In this document: positions 1 to 13,537 of the stretch, one piece after another
Numbering within the stretch: the first letter of the stretch is position 1
Layout: each line of letters begins with the position of its first letter
Source: Octopus vulgaris
Lineage: Eukaryota
Assembly (NCBI GenBank): GCA_951406725.2
Contig: OX597825.1
Span: 15,438,001 to 15,502,000, forward strand
Length of the DNA stretch: 64,000 nt
Reading direction: 5' to 3'
Made by a program: the position numbers and the translations under genes
Notes under the pieces: model-generated
The model's input: only the letters and a program-made list of their open reading frames with translations
Told to the model about the DNA's origin: nothing
The model's database searches: none

Positions 1-314
1 TTCTTCGAAGTCACGGTATAAAAGCGAACCATTTGTGCACCGTATTGTTAAGTGTGATGAAAGATGAAATCTTTTCAACAATAGCAAGTGTTCTTCACAT
101 TTTCGTGTTAGATGCATGGATGTCGTGTCAGATGCATTGCCGTGTCAGATGCATGGATGACTTATTATTCAATTATACAATCCAGAAACAGCAATGGTCA
201 TAGTAAGATTTGAGCACATGACCATCTGTCTTTAATCCAACAACTCATTATCAGAAGTGTGGTGCATTTTGTATCATCCATTACACTTGAAATGACCCAA
301 CATATATATCTCAG

Positions 315-619
315 GTGAAGGCGCGTGGCTTAGTGGTTAGGGGCATTCGGCTCATGATCGTAAGGTCGTGAGTTCAGTTCCCGGTGGCGCTTTGTGTCCT
401 TGAGCAAGACACTTTATTTCACGTTGCTCCAGTCCACCCAGCTGGCAAAAATGAGTAGTACTTGTATTTCAAAGGGCCAGCCTTGTCACATTGTGTCACG
501 CTGAATCTCCCCGAGAACTGCGTTAACGGTACACGTGTCTGTGGAGTGCTCAGCCACTTGAACGTTAATTTCACGAGCAAGCTGTTCCATTGATCGCAAC
601 CGACGGAGTGCTCTTGTTG
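315..619 (+). mobile_element. tRNA-derived SINE (head D, CORE-like centre, tail 3) with 12-bp TSD
   Basis: A box TGGCTTAGTGG and B box GAGTTCAGTTCC; GTGTCCTTGAGCAAGACAC central motif; TSD TATATATCTCAG at 303-314 and 620-631; tail shared with 33320-33710 and 52723-53106. Confidence 0.85.
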
Positions 620-1106
620 TATATATCTCAGACCATCTCAGTCAACTTCATTAAATATCATTTTCCTTATCATTTTCTATAAGTGTATTTGGAAATAAAT
701 ATTTGTCTATAAATGCATTGTACTAACCGGATGAAAATGTTTGTGAACAAAAATAAATATTATTAATAAACAAAATTTAATTTTCCACTTGATATATCAG
801 GGGATTCGATATTAAAGCTAAACAGTTAACCTATTGTCACTTTTTTTTGTTCATGCACCGAACTGATCATATTATTTTAAATAAAATCATTTATGAATCA
901 ATTCTTCCTGGTTGAAGACTGCTACCAACAGAAAAACCTTCATCTTCTTAATCAGAACATTCATCTTACTAAATATTATACAATACACTGGCACATGGTG
1001 TTAACACTCGGAATTATTGATCAGCGAATGAAACAAGTATCAATATGTAAATTTTGTTGGTTTTGAGGAAAGATTACTTTACTAACTGTTGTTGCTGTTG
1101 TTCAAC

Positions 1107-1147
<41 letters not shown>

Positions 1148-1467
1148 GAGTGAGAGAGCAGTGCATGCCATCAAAGTGTCATTGGGGTGAAATATACGAA
1201 GCGCAGTATACTCATCATGACCACTCGTCTGATACGGGTGCACTAGGCACATGCATCACAACCATATGTGCATCCCACGCAAAAGGTTTCTGAATAAGGG
1301 TTGTTTAAGGATGTTGAACGAAACACTCATGTTTCCAAGGGTGAATCATTCAAACCCCAAAGAATCCCTCTCAACACATGGCTATGATGCTCCCCCACTA
1401 ATTCTGCTCGTGATCAGAGATGCACATATAGTCAGCCACTAAGGGACACGCTCAACTGGTTATGGTC
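1148..1467 (-). mobile_element. Interspersed retroposon family E (internally deleted), sitting inside (TAA)n
   Basis: Reverse complement aligns to 46707-47125; (TTA)n on both sides (1108-1147, 1473-1528). Confidence 0.75.
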
Positions 1468-1470
1468 ATA

Positions 1471-1528
<58 letters not shown>

Positions 1529-1769
1529 GTTTTCATTTATCTTTTCTTAATTTTTTCGCTCTTTTTCTGTCTTCTTTTCGACAGTTATAAGGTTGAAACT
1601 TAAAGATTAATTCTATCAACATTGTAAATAGCTTGTAAATAGATGGAATGAAGTCATAGATAATCAGCGGGGAACGTACATTTATATTTAAATTTCAATT
1701 AGATATATCATTTGATCACTTGCTTTCTTTATTCAAAATTCGGACAGAACTTATGGGATGACCTGTTAC

Positions 1770-2180
1770 TTAGCGGTATTTCGTCTGCGGCTACATTTGA
1801 TTTCAAATTCCACCGATGTCGACTTTACCTTTCATCATTTCGGGGTCGATAAATTAAGTACCAATTACGCATTGAGGTCGATGTAATCGACAAGCCCCCT
1901 CTCCCACAATTTCAGTCCTTGTGGCTATATTAGAAAGGATTATTATTATTATTAAAAGTAAGAGTTGAAGGCGGCGAGCTGGCAGAATCGTTACCGGGCC
2001 GGGTAAGTTGTTCATTAGCATTTCATCCATTAGTTCTGAGTTCAAAATTTGCTAAGGTCGACTTTGCCTTCCATCCTTTTGCGGTCGATAAAATAAATAC
2101 CTTTTCAGAACTGGGGTCGATGTAATCGACCTACCCCTGCCCCAAACCTATTGGCTTTGTGTCGAAATTTGAAACCATTA
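1770..2180 (+). mobile_element. Two adjacent family-B SINE copies (1770-1940 partial, 1968-2180)
   Basis: AAGGCGGCGAGCTGGCAGAA head, GAGTTCAAA B box, GTCGACTTTGCCTTTCATCC...GGGGTCGATAAA body shared with other copies. Confidence 0.85.
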
Positions 2181-2807
2181 TTAGAAGTAGCAGTAGTTGT
2201 TGTTGTATGATGATATAGTTGAAGTGCTTATTTAAATATTTCATGTTCTTCATTGTCATTAATTTTGTTTTTGTCATACTTGGTACTTCTTTTGCAATTG
2301 TTATCATTATGTTTGTAAAACTATATGGTTGTTGTAGTAATATTAGATAAAGCATGTTATGCTCCACTGAGCGATAAGATCACCTTTAGATTGACCAAAT
2401 GAAACAGAATAAACTTCCTCATGTTTACGTCCTCGTGAAGTATACTGTGTAATAGTTATGTTTACTTCACTGTCTGAGATTTGATTACCTGCAAGGCTTT
2501 AAGCAATATTAGCACAAGGCAGTCCATTACGCAGTAACGCATGCAGTGAATCATCTGGCTTAACCAATTGATGCTTGAGTCTCAATCTTCATCATCTCTC
2601 CACATTAGCTACCTCCGTGTCAACAACCAAGAAACAAGAGCCAAAATTCTCCCAAAACGTATATTACCTTCTTAAAGAACAGTTACCATAGATATTTTAT
2701 TTGAATATTTAAATAGAATACGAATCATTCATACTTGAAATACAGGATTACAGAACAGTTCTTTTAAGTAACTTATGGCTAAATAACATTCACATTTACA
2801 ATATCAA

Positions 2808-3272
2808 TGTGGCTGTGTGGTACGTAGCGTGTTTACGAACCACATGGTCCCGGGTTCAGGCCCTCTGCGTTGCACCTTGTGCAAGTGTCTTCTACTATAT
2901 CTTCGGGCAGACAAAATCCTTGTGAGTGGATTTGGGGTAGACGGAAACTGAAAGAAGCCCGTCGTATATATGTATATGTATATATATATGTATGCGTGTG
3001 TATATGTTTGTGTGTGTGTGTGTGTTTGTCCCTCCAACATCGCTTGACAACCGATGCTGGTGTGTTTACGTCCCCGTAAATTAGCGGTTCGGCAAAAGCG
3101 ACTGATAGAATAAGTACCTCAGCTCGATTTGGTCGATTTGCTCGACTAAAAAAGCGGTTCGGTAAAAGAGACCGATAGAAAAAGTCCAGGAGTCGATTTG
3201 TTCGAGAAAAGAAAGCGGTGCTCCAGCATGGCCACAGTCAAATTACTGAAACATGTAAAAAAAGTAAAAGAG
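2808..3272 (+). mobile_element. Family-C SINE (tRNA-like head, internal TA/TG tract, 3' module)
   Basis: Colinear with 10324-10736. Confidence 0.85.
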
Positions 3273-3816
3273 CATTTCTATAATCTCCGAGAATTGCATT
3301 GGTATCCAGTGGAGGATAAAATGGAAATGAAACCAGAGTTGCTACTTAAGTCTGTCCATTGAGATTTACATTATTACTATCAACAGTTTTATTATCTTTA
3401 TCATAATGTTCACCAACATTTGTCTAATAATTATCCTTGCATTATAATCATAACCTTTATGTCTTCCATTTTATTGAATTCAGTTATGCCTTTTCCAAAC
3501 TTTAGTTGCATGTCAATGGCTGCCAAGTTTTACCTAATAAACGATGCAAATGAATTCTCGTTTGAAGGGACGAGGCTTGACTCTTTCCCCACAGCAAACG
3601 GATGGAATTGTGATGAACAGTAGAAGCTGAGAAAGAATTCATTAATTGAGCATGCAACAATACTAACAACACTTAAATTATTAGAACCAAATGCCCCGAC
3701 GATAAACAGAATATAAGGGTAGTTAAAACATGTAGACTGCCACCCCTGACGTGGACTTCCATGTACTCTATCCACTCAATCATATGATATACACTTAGTA
3801 GTGCTTATATTGCTAC

Positions 3817-4045
3817 AGGCATGGCTGTGTGGTAAGATGTTTTCTTCTCAACGGCAGACTCGAAGCTAGACTCGAACATCTGCCTTTTATTATAGTTCCT
3901 AACCGATGGAAAGCTCGTGTGGAGATTTGGTCTATGGAAACTGACAGAAGGAAACCATATATATGTAACTCTGCGAGTGTGCGCGGGGGATTTTTTATCT
4001 TCTACTGCTTGACAACCATTGTTGGTTTGGTTACATCCCCCTAAC
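3817..4045 (+). mobile_element. Degenerate family-C SINE
   Basis: GGCTGTGTGGTAAG head, GGAAACTGACAGAAG and TGCTTGACAACC motifs. Confidence 0.55.
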
Positions 4046-4119
4046 TAATCAATTTCTGACTTCATGAATTTCCAGCTGACTTTGGAATTCATCCTTCTGA
4101 GTTTTACGTTCATCCAAGT

Positions 4120-4520
4120 TTTCCGCTCAATTCAGACTGTTATATGAATCTATTGGAGACTGCACCGAAGTCATGGATGGAGAGGATTGATGCTGGAAGG
4201 GCATATGTGTAGCAGTAGGGTTCAGTTCCTTGTCATATTTCCGGCATGAGACAAAGGCAGTTGTCAAACAAATTTCCAAGACAACCCCAGCCCCAATTTC
4301 TGGTCTGCTAATTACTCTGATCAGGACTCCATAGATTACAATGTGTAGGGCTCAGTTCAGGAGGATATCAGCCACTCTGTCGGCAACACAAAAGAACAGA
4401 TTGTGACCAAGACCAAAGAATTGTCTGAAGATCTTCCCTGGAACATAATAGAGAAAACATGCGCCAGGATCTAAGCCATCTTGGGGCTGTGGTTGAAGCT
4501 GGGGTCAGCTCCTTTGAGTA
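4120..4520 (+). pseudogene. Decayed Tc1/mariner transposase, C-terminal half
   Basis: Manual translation gives W-ERIDAGRAYV*Q..., FWSANYSDQDSIDYNV*G (matches WPPNSPDLNPLDY.VWG), NTKEQI and LGAVVEAGVSSFE*; stops and frameshifts present. Confidence 0.65.
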
Positions 4521-4780
4521 ACTGTTTTCTCCCAGTCATAATCATGTTGATTGTGTTTTTTTTTTCAAATTTTTAAATCATTTTATTTTGGGGTGGGTGA
4601 TTCTGTTTCTTTTTCTGCAAACTAGCAAAGTTTTTGTTGCATGTGTGCGTCTTCTTGTGCATATAATCATGTATACATGCATGTATGCATATAAACACAT
4701 ACGACACCTATTACATATATAGAAAAGTGCATATGCACCATGAGGTCCATAAGCATTGACATATAGATGATTATATATAT

Positions 4781-4784
<4 letters not shown>

Positions 4785-4834
<50 letters not shown>

Positions 4835-4894
4835 GCATATTTATATGTATATATATATATATGTACATAAATATGTACATTTATGTTTGTGTGA

Positions 4895-4934
<40 letters not shown>

Positions 4935-4980
4935 TTATGTATATGTACATATATGTGTGTATGTGCATATATGTATGTAT

Positions 4981-5045
<65 letters not shown>
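4785..5045. repeat. (TA)n/(TATG)n microsatellite cluster
   Basis: Direct; source of the poly-YI ORFs. Confidence 0.95.
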
Positions 5046-5299
5046 TCACACGAACATAAATGTACACATATGTATATATGCATGTATACCAATCTTCTTG
5101 TTTTTTTATACGCAGCAATATTCTTTCAACATTGAAACATCAAAACTTCACATAGTGAGACGAAATAGCACTGCAAATATTAGTATTTAGATATGCGTAA
5201 TAACTATGAGAAGCTGTCATATGTGAAAACAATGTTTCTGATAATGGTTTACAAAGGGTAAAATATCATTTGATGAAATTTATGTCTCACTCTCCCCAA

Positions 5300-5364
<65 letters not shown>

Positions 5365-5516
5365 TTGTGTGTGTATGTGCGTATGAAAGTATTTATACTC
5401 TTATATATTTATCTATGCATTCATATCTATCATTATCTGTCTCTCTTTATTTACATAGATAGATACACACATGGCATACACACATACACATACACGCGCG
5501 CACAAACATATGTCAT

Positions 5517-5556
<40 letters not shown>

Positions 5557-7227
5557 TATATATATATATATATACTTGTGGGTATACATATATATAAATA
5601 TATGTATGTATGTATGTGTAAGATTTGGACGTGCATGCGTAAATGTGAATGTGAGTAAATGGGCTTAATATACGATGTTTTTAGTAAATATTTATTTAGT
5701 GTCTGTGAAAATATAACCTGGGATTAAGTGTTTATTAAACATATATATATATTACATCCATATCAAATTTATTGAAACAGCTTCTTTGTTCAAGGTTATA
5801 CACACATGCATATTTGCGATTGTGTGTAGGTGTGTTTGTAACTGACTATGTGTTTGTGTATGTGTGAATACATGCATATATACATACATATATAATATAT
5901 GTCTACCTGCTGAAAATAACAGTCAAAACTCTTACTTAATTCACCAAAATAGTCAATGGTATTTTGGCAAGTTATTTTTTGTGAGATTATTTATTCCGTA
6001 TATACATATATCTGTTTGTGTGTGTGTGTGTATGTGTTTGTATATGTATGTATGTGTGTATGTATGTATGTATGTATGTATGTATGTATGTATGTATGTA
6101 TGTATGTATGTATGTATGGATGGATGTAGTTATGTAAATATATATGCTGACTTATTTGTGTTGATGAATAACTGAGGTAGACGCAGAGCTCTACATAAAT
6201 GTACGATGGGTTTTGTTTTTTCTTGTTTTGGGGGGGATTTTTTGTTCTATTCTGATCTCATTCATCTATTATTTTTTAATTGTGTCTTTTTATCCGTGTA
6301 TTCCATTTTTTAAAAATTGATTTCATTCTTTTATTCCCTATTCTTCAATTCTTTTAACTTTATTCAGCTTTATTTCTCACTAGCGCCAGGAACTTTTCCG
6401 CAGCCCACCGTGAGAAATAAACTCACTCCAATTACAATTTTATTCAACTTTATATATATCATCGAGAATACCAAACTATTTTAGAAAGGTTGTGTCAAAA
6501 CCTTTCAACTTATGGATGCAAGGAATATGATAATTACATCCACTTCAATATATCTAAGTAATTCGTCAAATGGATATCTGCCAATCATTCCAAGAAGCGC
6601 AATTTAAATTCAACAAACCAAAATATTAATAAAATTGCTCAGAGGATAGTCAAGACATTGAATTTATGTGAAAGCTAATTACAATTGATTACAACTGCAG
6701 TTAAGTACAATTTTATTCAAAATATTCTTCTCTCAAATTAACAAATTTATTGCAGCAGTTCTTCAGATTTCGCCAAGACCTGTAAAAGAACTTGTAATAG
6801 TGGGCCTACAATCGGACTCCTTGGGATTCCCTTAAATTCAGGAACTTTTCAGGAACTTTTCAGTTCATTGTGAAGATAAGATTGACCGCTACACCAACTA
6901 AAATGAGGTACATTTTGAAAAGTCGCCCAAGGAGACGCATCTGCGCTAATAATGCATAGCGATTGATTGTAAAGCATCTCTCCTGTAAGATACGAGTGAA
7001 TATTAATTCAGAACGATCGCAGTCGTTCTTGATAAAGATTTAAGTGGGTTCCATTTTCTGGCTCTCATCTTTATATATATAAATATGTGAATATGTGTGT
7101 GTTTATGTGTATGTATGTATTTTGTTTTTGTGTGTGTGCATAAACTTGTGTATGTCCTTCATGTACCTATGAATATGCAGAAAGGAAGAAGGATAGATTG
7201 ATAGATAGATAAATATGCATATATTTG

Positions 7228-7262
<35 letters not shown>

Positions 7263-7394
7263 ATGTGTGCGTGCATGTGTGTTTGTTTCGAAATACATAT
7301 CCATGACTACGTAAATAAATACAAGTATGTTAATAGGCTTGTACCTGATATATATAAATATATATATATATATTGATAAGCTATACTAGTAACC

Positions 7395-7555
7395 TAACTT
7401 CATGGCACTGCATACTACCAACTATCCAGTCTTTGCGTCCAGAATAAGGACACAGTACTGTAACGGCTTCTGTTTTAAGGGTCCACAAATTTTGAACAGT
7501 CTGCCAAACAGCCTCAGAGATTTGAAAAGTTTAGATATAGAAAACTTCAATTTTC
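7395..7555 (+). mobile_element. CR1-group LINE ORF2 extreme C-terminal fragment
   Basis: Translates RIRTQYCNGFCFKGPQILNSLPNSLRDLKSLDIENF, similar to STGPALFNIVPREIKE...INFK in the 39262 ORF. Confidence 0.6.
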
Positions 7556-7571
7556 AATTTTGATTGAATGG

Positions 7572-7745
7572 GGGCCAGTCGATTAGATCGACACCAGTAC
7601 GCAACTGGTACTTAAGTTATCAACCCCGAATGGATTTAAAGTCAAAGTCGACCTCGGCGGAAGTTGAACTCAGAACGGAAACACAGTTGAAACACTGCTA
7701 AGCATTTCGCCCGCCGTGCTAACGTTTCTGCTAGCTCGCCGGCTT
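7572..7745 (-). mobile_element. Family-B SINE
   Basis: Reverse complement of the family-B head and body. Confidence 0.85.
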
Positions 7746-10259
7746 AGCGGAAAAAATATATAGCCACAGAAATATCCGTATGTCGAAGCATTTTAAATTT
7801 CCTGTATAAGATATGTGTGGGCCACATTCCTCACTTTTGCTTAAATAGCTTTCATATAAATCCAGTATCTTGACTATCCTGTAAGCAATTTTTATTAATA
7901 TTTTGGTTTGTTGAATTTAAATTGCGCTGCTTGGAATGATTGGCAGATATCCATTTGACGAATTTCTTAGATATATTGAAGTGGATGTAATTATTATATT
8001 CCTTGCATCCATAAGTTGAAAGGTTTTGACACAATCTTTCTAAAATAGTTTGGTATTCTCGGTGATATATAAAGTACGTTTGGTTTGCTGTCCGTTCCTT
8101 TTCCATTTATATGCCAAGTATTTGTAGTCCCAACGGCTCCTGAATATTTATGATTAGTTTAACAGCTACTGTCAAAGTACTTGGCTTTGTGTTCAGGCTT
8201 TTGCTTGCAAGACCTTGTATCGTGGCCTCAATTACAGGACAAAGTTCTTGGGCAAATCACTTCATTCCACGTTGCCCCATTCCACTCAGTTATGAATTAA
8301 CAATCCTGCTTTGGAACGGCGGTCTGCTCAGGACATATGCTGTACTGCTCTTGTTCATGTACACACCATGGGAACAGGATAACACTGATAAGAAGTCCGG
8401 GGCGTGTGGAGATATTTCTAACAGTAATGAGAAAACATTACAAGAAATTTAGTTAGGCGAGGCCAGAAGAAAGGCAAAAGAAATGTTCACATTTCACATG
8501 TGAAATCTTTTTCGTGGACCAAAGAGGAGAAAAGAAACCTCTAAAAAACAATACGCAGCAGTCGAAAAGTTCAGAGAATCCAAAGATGGCGAAAATGTAT
8601 TAAAACATACTAAGAGGAGAATCGGATAAAATCCGCCGAGGAAAATTAGGTGTGCGTTGTTTGGAAGAGTTAAGTATTACCACACGGGTTAAAATAAAAG
8701 AGTAAAGAAAATTAAGAAAAGGCTTTGTAGATAAGCAAGTGGAGAATAAAGGGAAGTAATAAGTAGATTGCATTAGCATGCATGTGTGCGCTTGTGCGAG
8801 TATACGGCTTAGCAAACCAAGGGCTCGGCAACTGGGAAGATAAGAGACACAGCTGTCAAACAAAGTGAGAGCTGTGAAGACGGGAGTGAACGTAAGAGTG
8901 CGTATCAGCGTTTCTTCTGGTCGCTAATCTTTTGTTGGTTTAGATGTGTGTATGCATGTGTATATATATAGAGAAAACGTGTTTGCCTGTGACCAAACCA
9001 TTTTTGTTTGTATATGTGCGCGAGTATGTTTGAATAGTGGGTGGTGTGGGTATGTGTGTATATGTCAAAGTAGGAAGATGGGTGAATGGTGATATGAGTG
9101 TGCGTATGTATGCGGAGTATACGTGGACGACTTTGAAATATGTGTAGGCAAGAACGGTAGAGTAGAGAATTATGTGGATAGTTTTGCTCGATTCATATGT
9201 CCAGTTTATGGGGCATCATCTATTAAAAGATCTACACAAGCGATACTTCTAGTACTTTTTCTGTGCTACTTTTAATTATCCTTCTTTTCGTGAAGGGAAA
9301 GGAAACCTTTGCTTTCAAATTTTCTATTTTGATTATCTAACATATGCTACATCAAAATGAATACCTCCTATCAAATTCTATTCATATACTTCCCAGATTT
9401 CACAATCTTATGAAGACTATTAAGTGAAGCCTCACTTGTAGTTCCCTTTACTTAATATTCAGTTCTCTAAAAAGGAACAGAATCAGAACAACTGCAATTT
9501 GATGCTGTTATTAACATGGACTGGCAAGCACATCATTTCATGTATAGTTCTATATATAATGGCAGATGGTACTCTTCTCATGTTTCCTTAAGTTCCAATT
9601 TCAAATCGCACGGAGATTAATTATGGCCTTTGCCCTTCCAGAGTACATAAAATCATTACCACTCAGTTACTATGGTTGATCCATTCCACTACATTCTCTC
9701 TCAAACCTTTTGGCTTCTGCACAATTCGCAAATAGTTATAACATAATGATTTTGCAGTTCATTCCTAATTCATCACTTGATCAAGCAAATGAAATACGCG
9801 AGCAATCAATGTATTGGTATAAGCTGAACAACTGCCCTCTCTTCAAATATATTTCTTGTATCTCCAGAAACCAGGTATTCGTTTTTGTTCATTAATAGGT
9901 TAGACGTATTATAATAATGATATATCTAATTTCATTTGATTTTTAGTCAACTCCAGACATACAGACCTAATATGAGAATAATTCCAATCATAATGTGTTT
10001 CGGAGTATACCTTTAGTAATTTACATTTCCCTCGTCCAATATGGCAGGTCCGTTTGAGAAAGATTACATTGCGATCTTTAGAAAGACAAGCGACAATGTA
10101 AAGGCTCACTCATTGGTTCGTTCCAATTTATATTTCAAGTAGCTGAGTTTGAAACGGCAATAATTACAAACATGATATTTTGTATGAGATCCATTAATGA
10201 CGATTTTGTGTAGAAATGAGAATCTTCCGGTGTATATTGTTTCCATAAATTACAAGCAC

Positions 10260-10297
<38 letters not shown>

Positions 10298-10323
10298 TCA
10301 CGCACGTATATATATATATATAT

Positions 10324-10495
10324 AGGCGCAGGAGTGGCTGTGTGGTAAGTAGCTTGCTAACCAACCACATGGTTCCGGGTTCAGTCCCACTGCGTGGCAT
10401 CTTGGGCAAGTGTCTTCTGCTATAGCCCCGGGCCGACCAATGCCTTGTGAGTGGATTTGGTAGACGGAAACTGAAAGAAGCCCGTCGTATATATG

Positions 10496-10526
<31 letters not shown>

Positions 10527-10736
10527 TTGTGTTTGTCCCCCTAGCATTGCTTGACAACCGATGCTGGTGTGTTTACGTCCCTGTCACTTAGCGGTTCGGC
10601 AAAAAGAGACCGATATAATAAGTACTGGGCTTACAAAGAATAAGTCCCGGGGTCGAATTGCTCGACTAGAGGTGGTGCTCCAGCATGGCCGCAGTCAAAT
10701 GACTGAAACAAGTAAAAGAGTAAAAGAGTAAAAGAG
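10324..10736 (+). mobile_element. Full-length family-C SINE
   Basis: GGCGCAGGAGTGGCTGTGTGG A box, GGTTCAGTCCC B box, internal (TA)n(TG)n, (GTAAAAGA)3 tail. Confidence 0.9.
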
Positions 10737-10853
10737 TATATACAAACACACATATACACACACACACAATTATACATATGTATATGTATTTATACATATA
10801 CATATATATATATACATACACAATACATATAACATGTATATACATATATATAT

Positions 10854-10893
<40 letters not shown>

Positions 10894-10981
10894 ATATAGT
10901 ATATGTGTGTATATATATATATAGGTATATAAACACACAATCATATACATATATGTATGTATACATATATACATTATATAT

Positions 10982-11041
<60 letters not shown>

Positions 11042-12217
11042 ACATACACACATATACATATATATACACAATAGAACGGCGTTGAATTATGTGGTAAAAG
11101 AATGGAAATTGCATGGGTGATGAGGTATAATAGATAATTCGGTGAAAGATGTATATTTTTTTCAGTCACTTTCAGCCTATTTAATGAGATATTTCTGAAG
11201 ACTTGAGGAAGAGGCAAGCATCTGTTGAGATCCATTGTGTTAATCCAATTGAATAAGTTAATGAAAGTATACGCAAACAACTAATTTCATCTAAGTTAAC
11301 AGCTTGAGTACAAGATAATAACTTCTTTCATGGTTGTCCGAGGAAGAATAATATTGATGAAGAAGTAAATTACAAAGAATTTCTATAGTCTTCTCCAAAG
11401 ACAAATATGTTCGCAGAAAAATTGGGAATAACTAAATTTCCATATTGAGGTATCAGTCTATATCTTTTTTTTGTTTTTTGTTTTGCTATTTAATGAAGGA
11501 AAATGTCCCTACCATATTGCCAAGCTGTTTTGATGGAAACTCGTTGCTTCCGTACAGTTTAATATTAAGTCTAACCATAACAATCTGCTTATCTGTAGAT
11601 TTATAAATGATTAAAATTGATATTTTTGCCGTCCCATTTAAGACGTTATATAAACTTATAACATGGATGATATTAATAAGGAAATTATAGAATGGATAAA
11701 AAATATATTATTGCCTAAATTGTTTATCGCCACGTCACTGAAACTGTTCCATAGGAACCGATGTTGCTACCGTTTTTAACCCCAGGAAGAACTCTCCTGG
11801 AGGAGGTTATCGGTGCTATCTGCACTCGATGTATATTGCATGCAGGAGAGTGAACCACTACTATCTTCTAATGAACAGTCCATTAGCTCGTGATATATGC
11901 CATTGGTTACAATGTACCTAGAATGGGTAAAGAAATACGTCTGGCTAAGGCACACAATGAATGTGAGCTGAGATAGATGCTGAAATCTCAAATAGAATAA
12001 GAGCAGGATGAACAGGTTTTAATTTGATATATATATATATAATATTCTATAATTATATTCTTAATTATAATCAGACGTCAGCTAAATTCCTCGCCACGTA
12101 CTGAATTAGAAATAGACGCTAATGTCATTTCATCTACCATAAGAATCTCCAAGACAATAAAACACTTTCATATAAAGGTAAAAAAAAATATTATGAATCC
12201 ACGAAAGATTTAGGTTA

Positions 12218-12279
12218 ACCACAGACGTGTTTCGAATTTAAAGTTAATTATATTTACCAATTATTCTCCTCAGTGTGGT
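12218..12279 (-). ncRNA. Minimal type-I hammerhead ribozyme motif (PLE-associated)
   Basis: Minus strand: ACCACA-CTGAGGA-GAAT...ATTC-GAAA-CACG-TC-TGTGGT; stems I and II pair; GUC cleavage triplet. Confidence 0.8.
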
Positions 12280-12460
12280 ACTCTGTGTTATAAATGTGAG
12301 AATGTTAGGATTAATATGCGATCAAGCGTCATCGCATAACCAGTATTCAACCGCACTCCCAAAAATATACAACCGAATGTAATACATATTTATCTTTTAT
12401 ACCCACGTGTGTGTTACGACCTATCCGGCAGAAAAATTATATATATGTGTGTGTGTGAAT

Positions 12461-12507
<47 letters not shown>

Positions 12508-13008
12508 TGTTATGATAGAAAATCTGTCATTTTCTGTTATAATAATATAATAAATATCTGTCGAAACAAAGTCACAATGGGCGAAGACAGTGAATACATT
12601 TATAACAATTAACCTATAAGAAAATTATATTATATAAGTGATACCTGTATCTAATGATATCTAACACTCTAACACTGAAGAGATTTTTTTTTAACAATAG
12701 CGTGATATTTAGATGTGCTGTTCTATAAGTCACGAGATATAATCTATATTAATGTTAATTTTTTTCTAATTGCATTATAACCCAAATGAGATAAACATTA
12801 TGATTAATCATTGTTGTTCCTCGGTTAAGTCGAACTCAGTTGAGGCTGTTGCACGTGGTTTTATGATTCATTGATAGAAGGAATGAAATTGTAGAAAATT
12901 GCAGTTCATTTTCTGTGTGTGTCTGGTGAATTAATATACCTATTCCGAGTGAGAAATTGGCGGGTGATATGATTAGTTCACTGAATATGTAGAAAGTAGA
13001 GCGTATAT

Positions 13009-13170
13009 TATTTACATTGTTTACATTGGACGGATATGTACCATCATCTTGTTTGCTGTTACCACAAAGGTTTCGGTCGATTTACTCTCCAGCCTTTAAC
13101 AGTTGTCCTGGTAGGAATTTTGAACCCAATCCTGTGATCTCATTTCTAAGGATTCTTTTTTTTTTGTTGA

Positions 13171-13228
<58 letters not shown>

Positions 13229-13537
13229 TATTCAAGGCACTGTCTGGAATTGAACTCGTAATATTGGGGTTTGTAGCCCACGCTATTAATCATTACTCTA
13301 TATTCTCGTGGGTGCCTTGAATAAATAATAATAATAATAATAATAACATAAGGAAAAATATTCCTTTGGAATGAGAACCCAGATTTGGGTTCAAAATTTC
13401 CCCAAGATACCTGATGAAGGCTGGAGGGTATATCAGCCGAAACGTTGTGGTAACAACAAACACGATGAGGATACATATCCGTCCAATGTAAATAATATAA
13501 ATAATGAACAGAATTCCACATCTCAAAAATATAGAAC
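13009..13537. mobile_element. tRNA-HHR SINE copy 1: head-bearing arm on minus strand, headless arm with 3' end on plus strand
   Basis: Inverted arms 13009-13240 and 13312-13508; degenerate tRNA head about 13233-13297 (-); ends AAATATAGAAC; TSD AGTAGAGCGTATAT (12995-13008) and AGTAAAGCGTATAT (13538-13551). Confidence 0.8.
13406..13451 (+). ncRNA. Minimal hammerhead ribozyme motif with an extra A after A9
   Basis: GATAC-CTGATGA-A-GGCTG-gagggtatat-CAGCC-GAAA-CG-TT-GTG. Confidence 0.75.

Larger units (their letters stand above)
6447..8074. repeat. About 230-bp inverted repeat pair (6447-6680 and 7845-8074)
   Basis: GAGAATACCAAACTATTTTAGAAAG...GGATAGTCAAGA on the left matches its reverse complement on the right. 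Confidence 0.85.

Noticed and set aside
4578-5668. Poly-YI, HT and CV ORFs here and throughout the window
   Set aside because: Stop-free translations of dinucleotide microsatellites
8560-8920. AAGATGGCG YY1/Kozak-like motif in a mildly CpG-rich patch
   Set aside because: The ORF closes after 5 codons and there are no other supporting promoter elements
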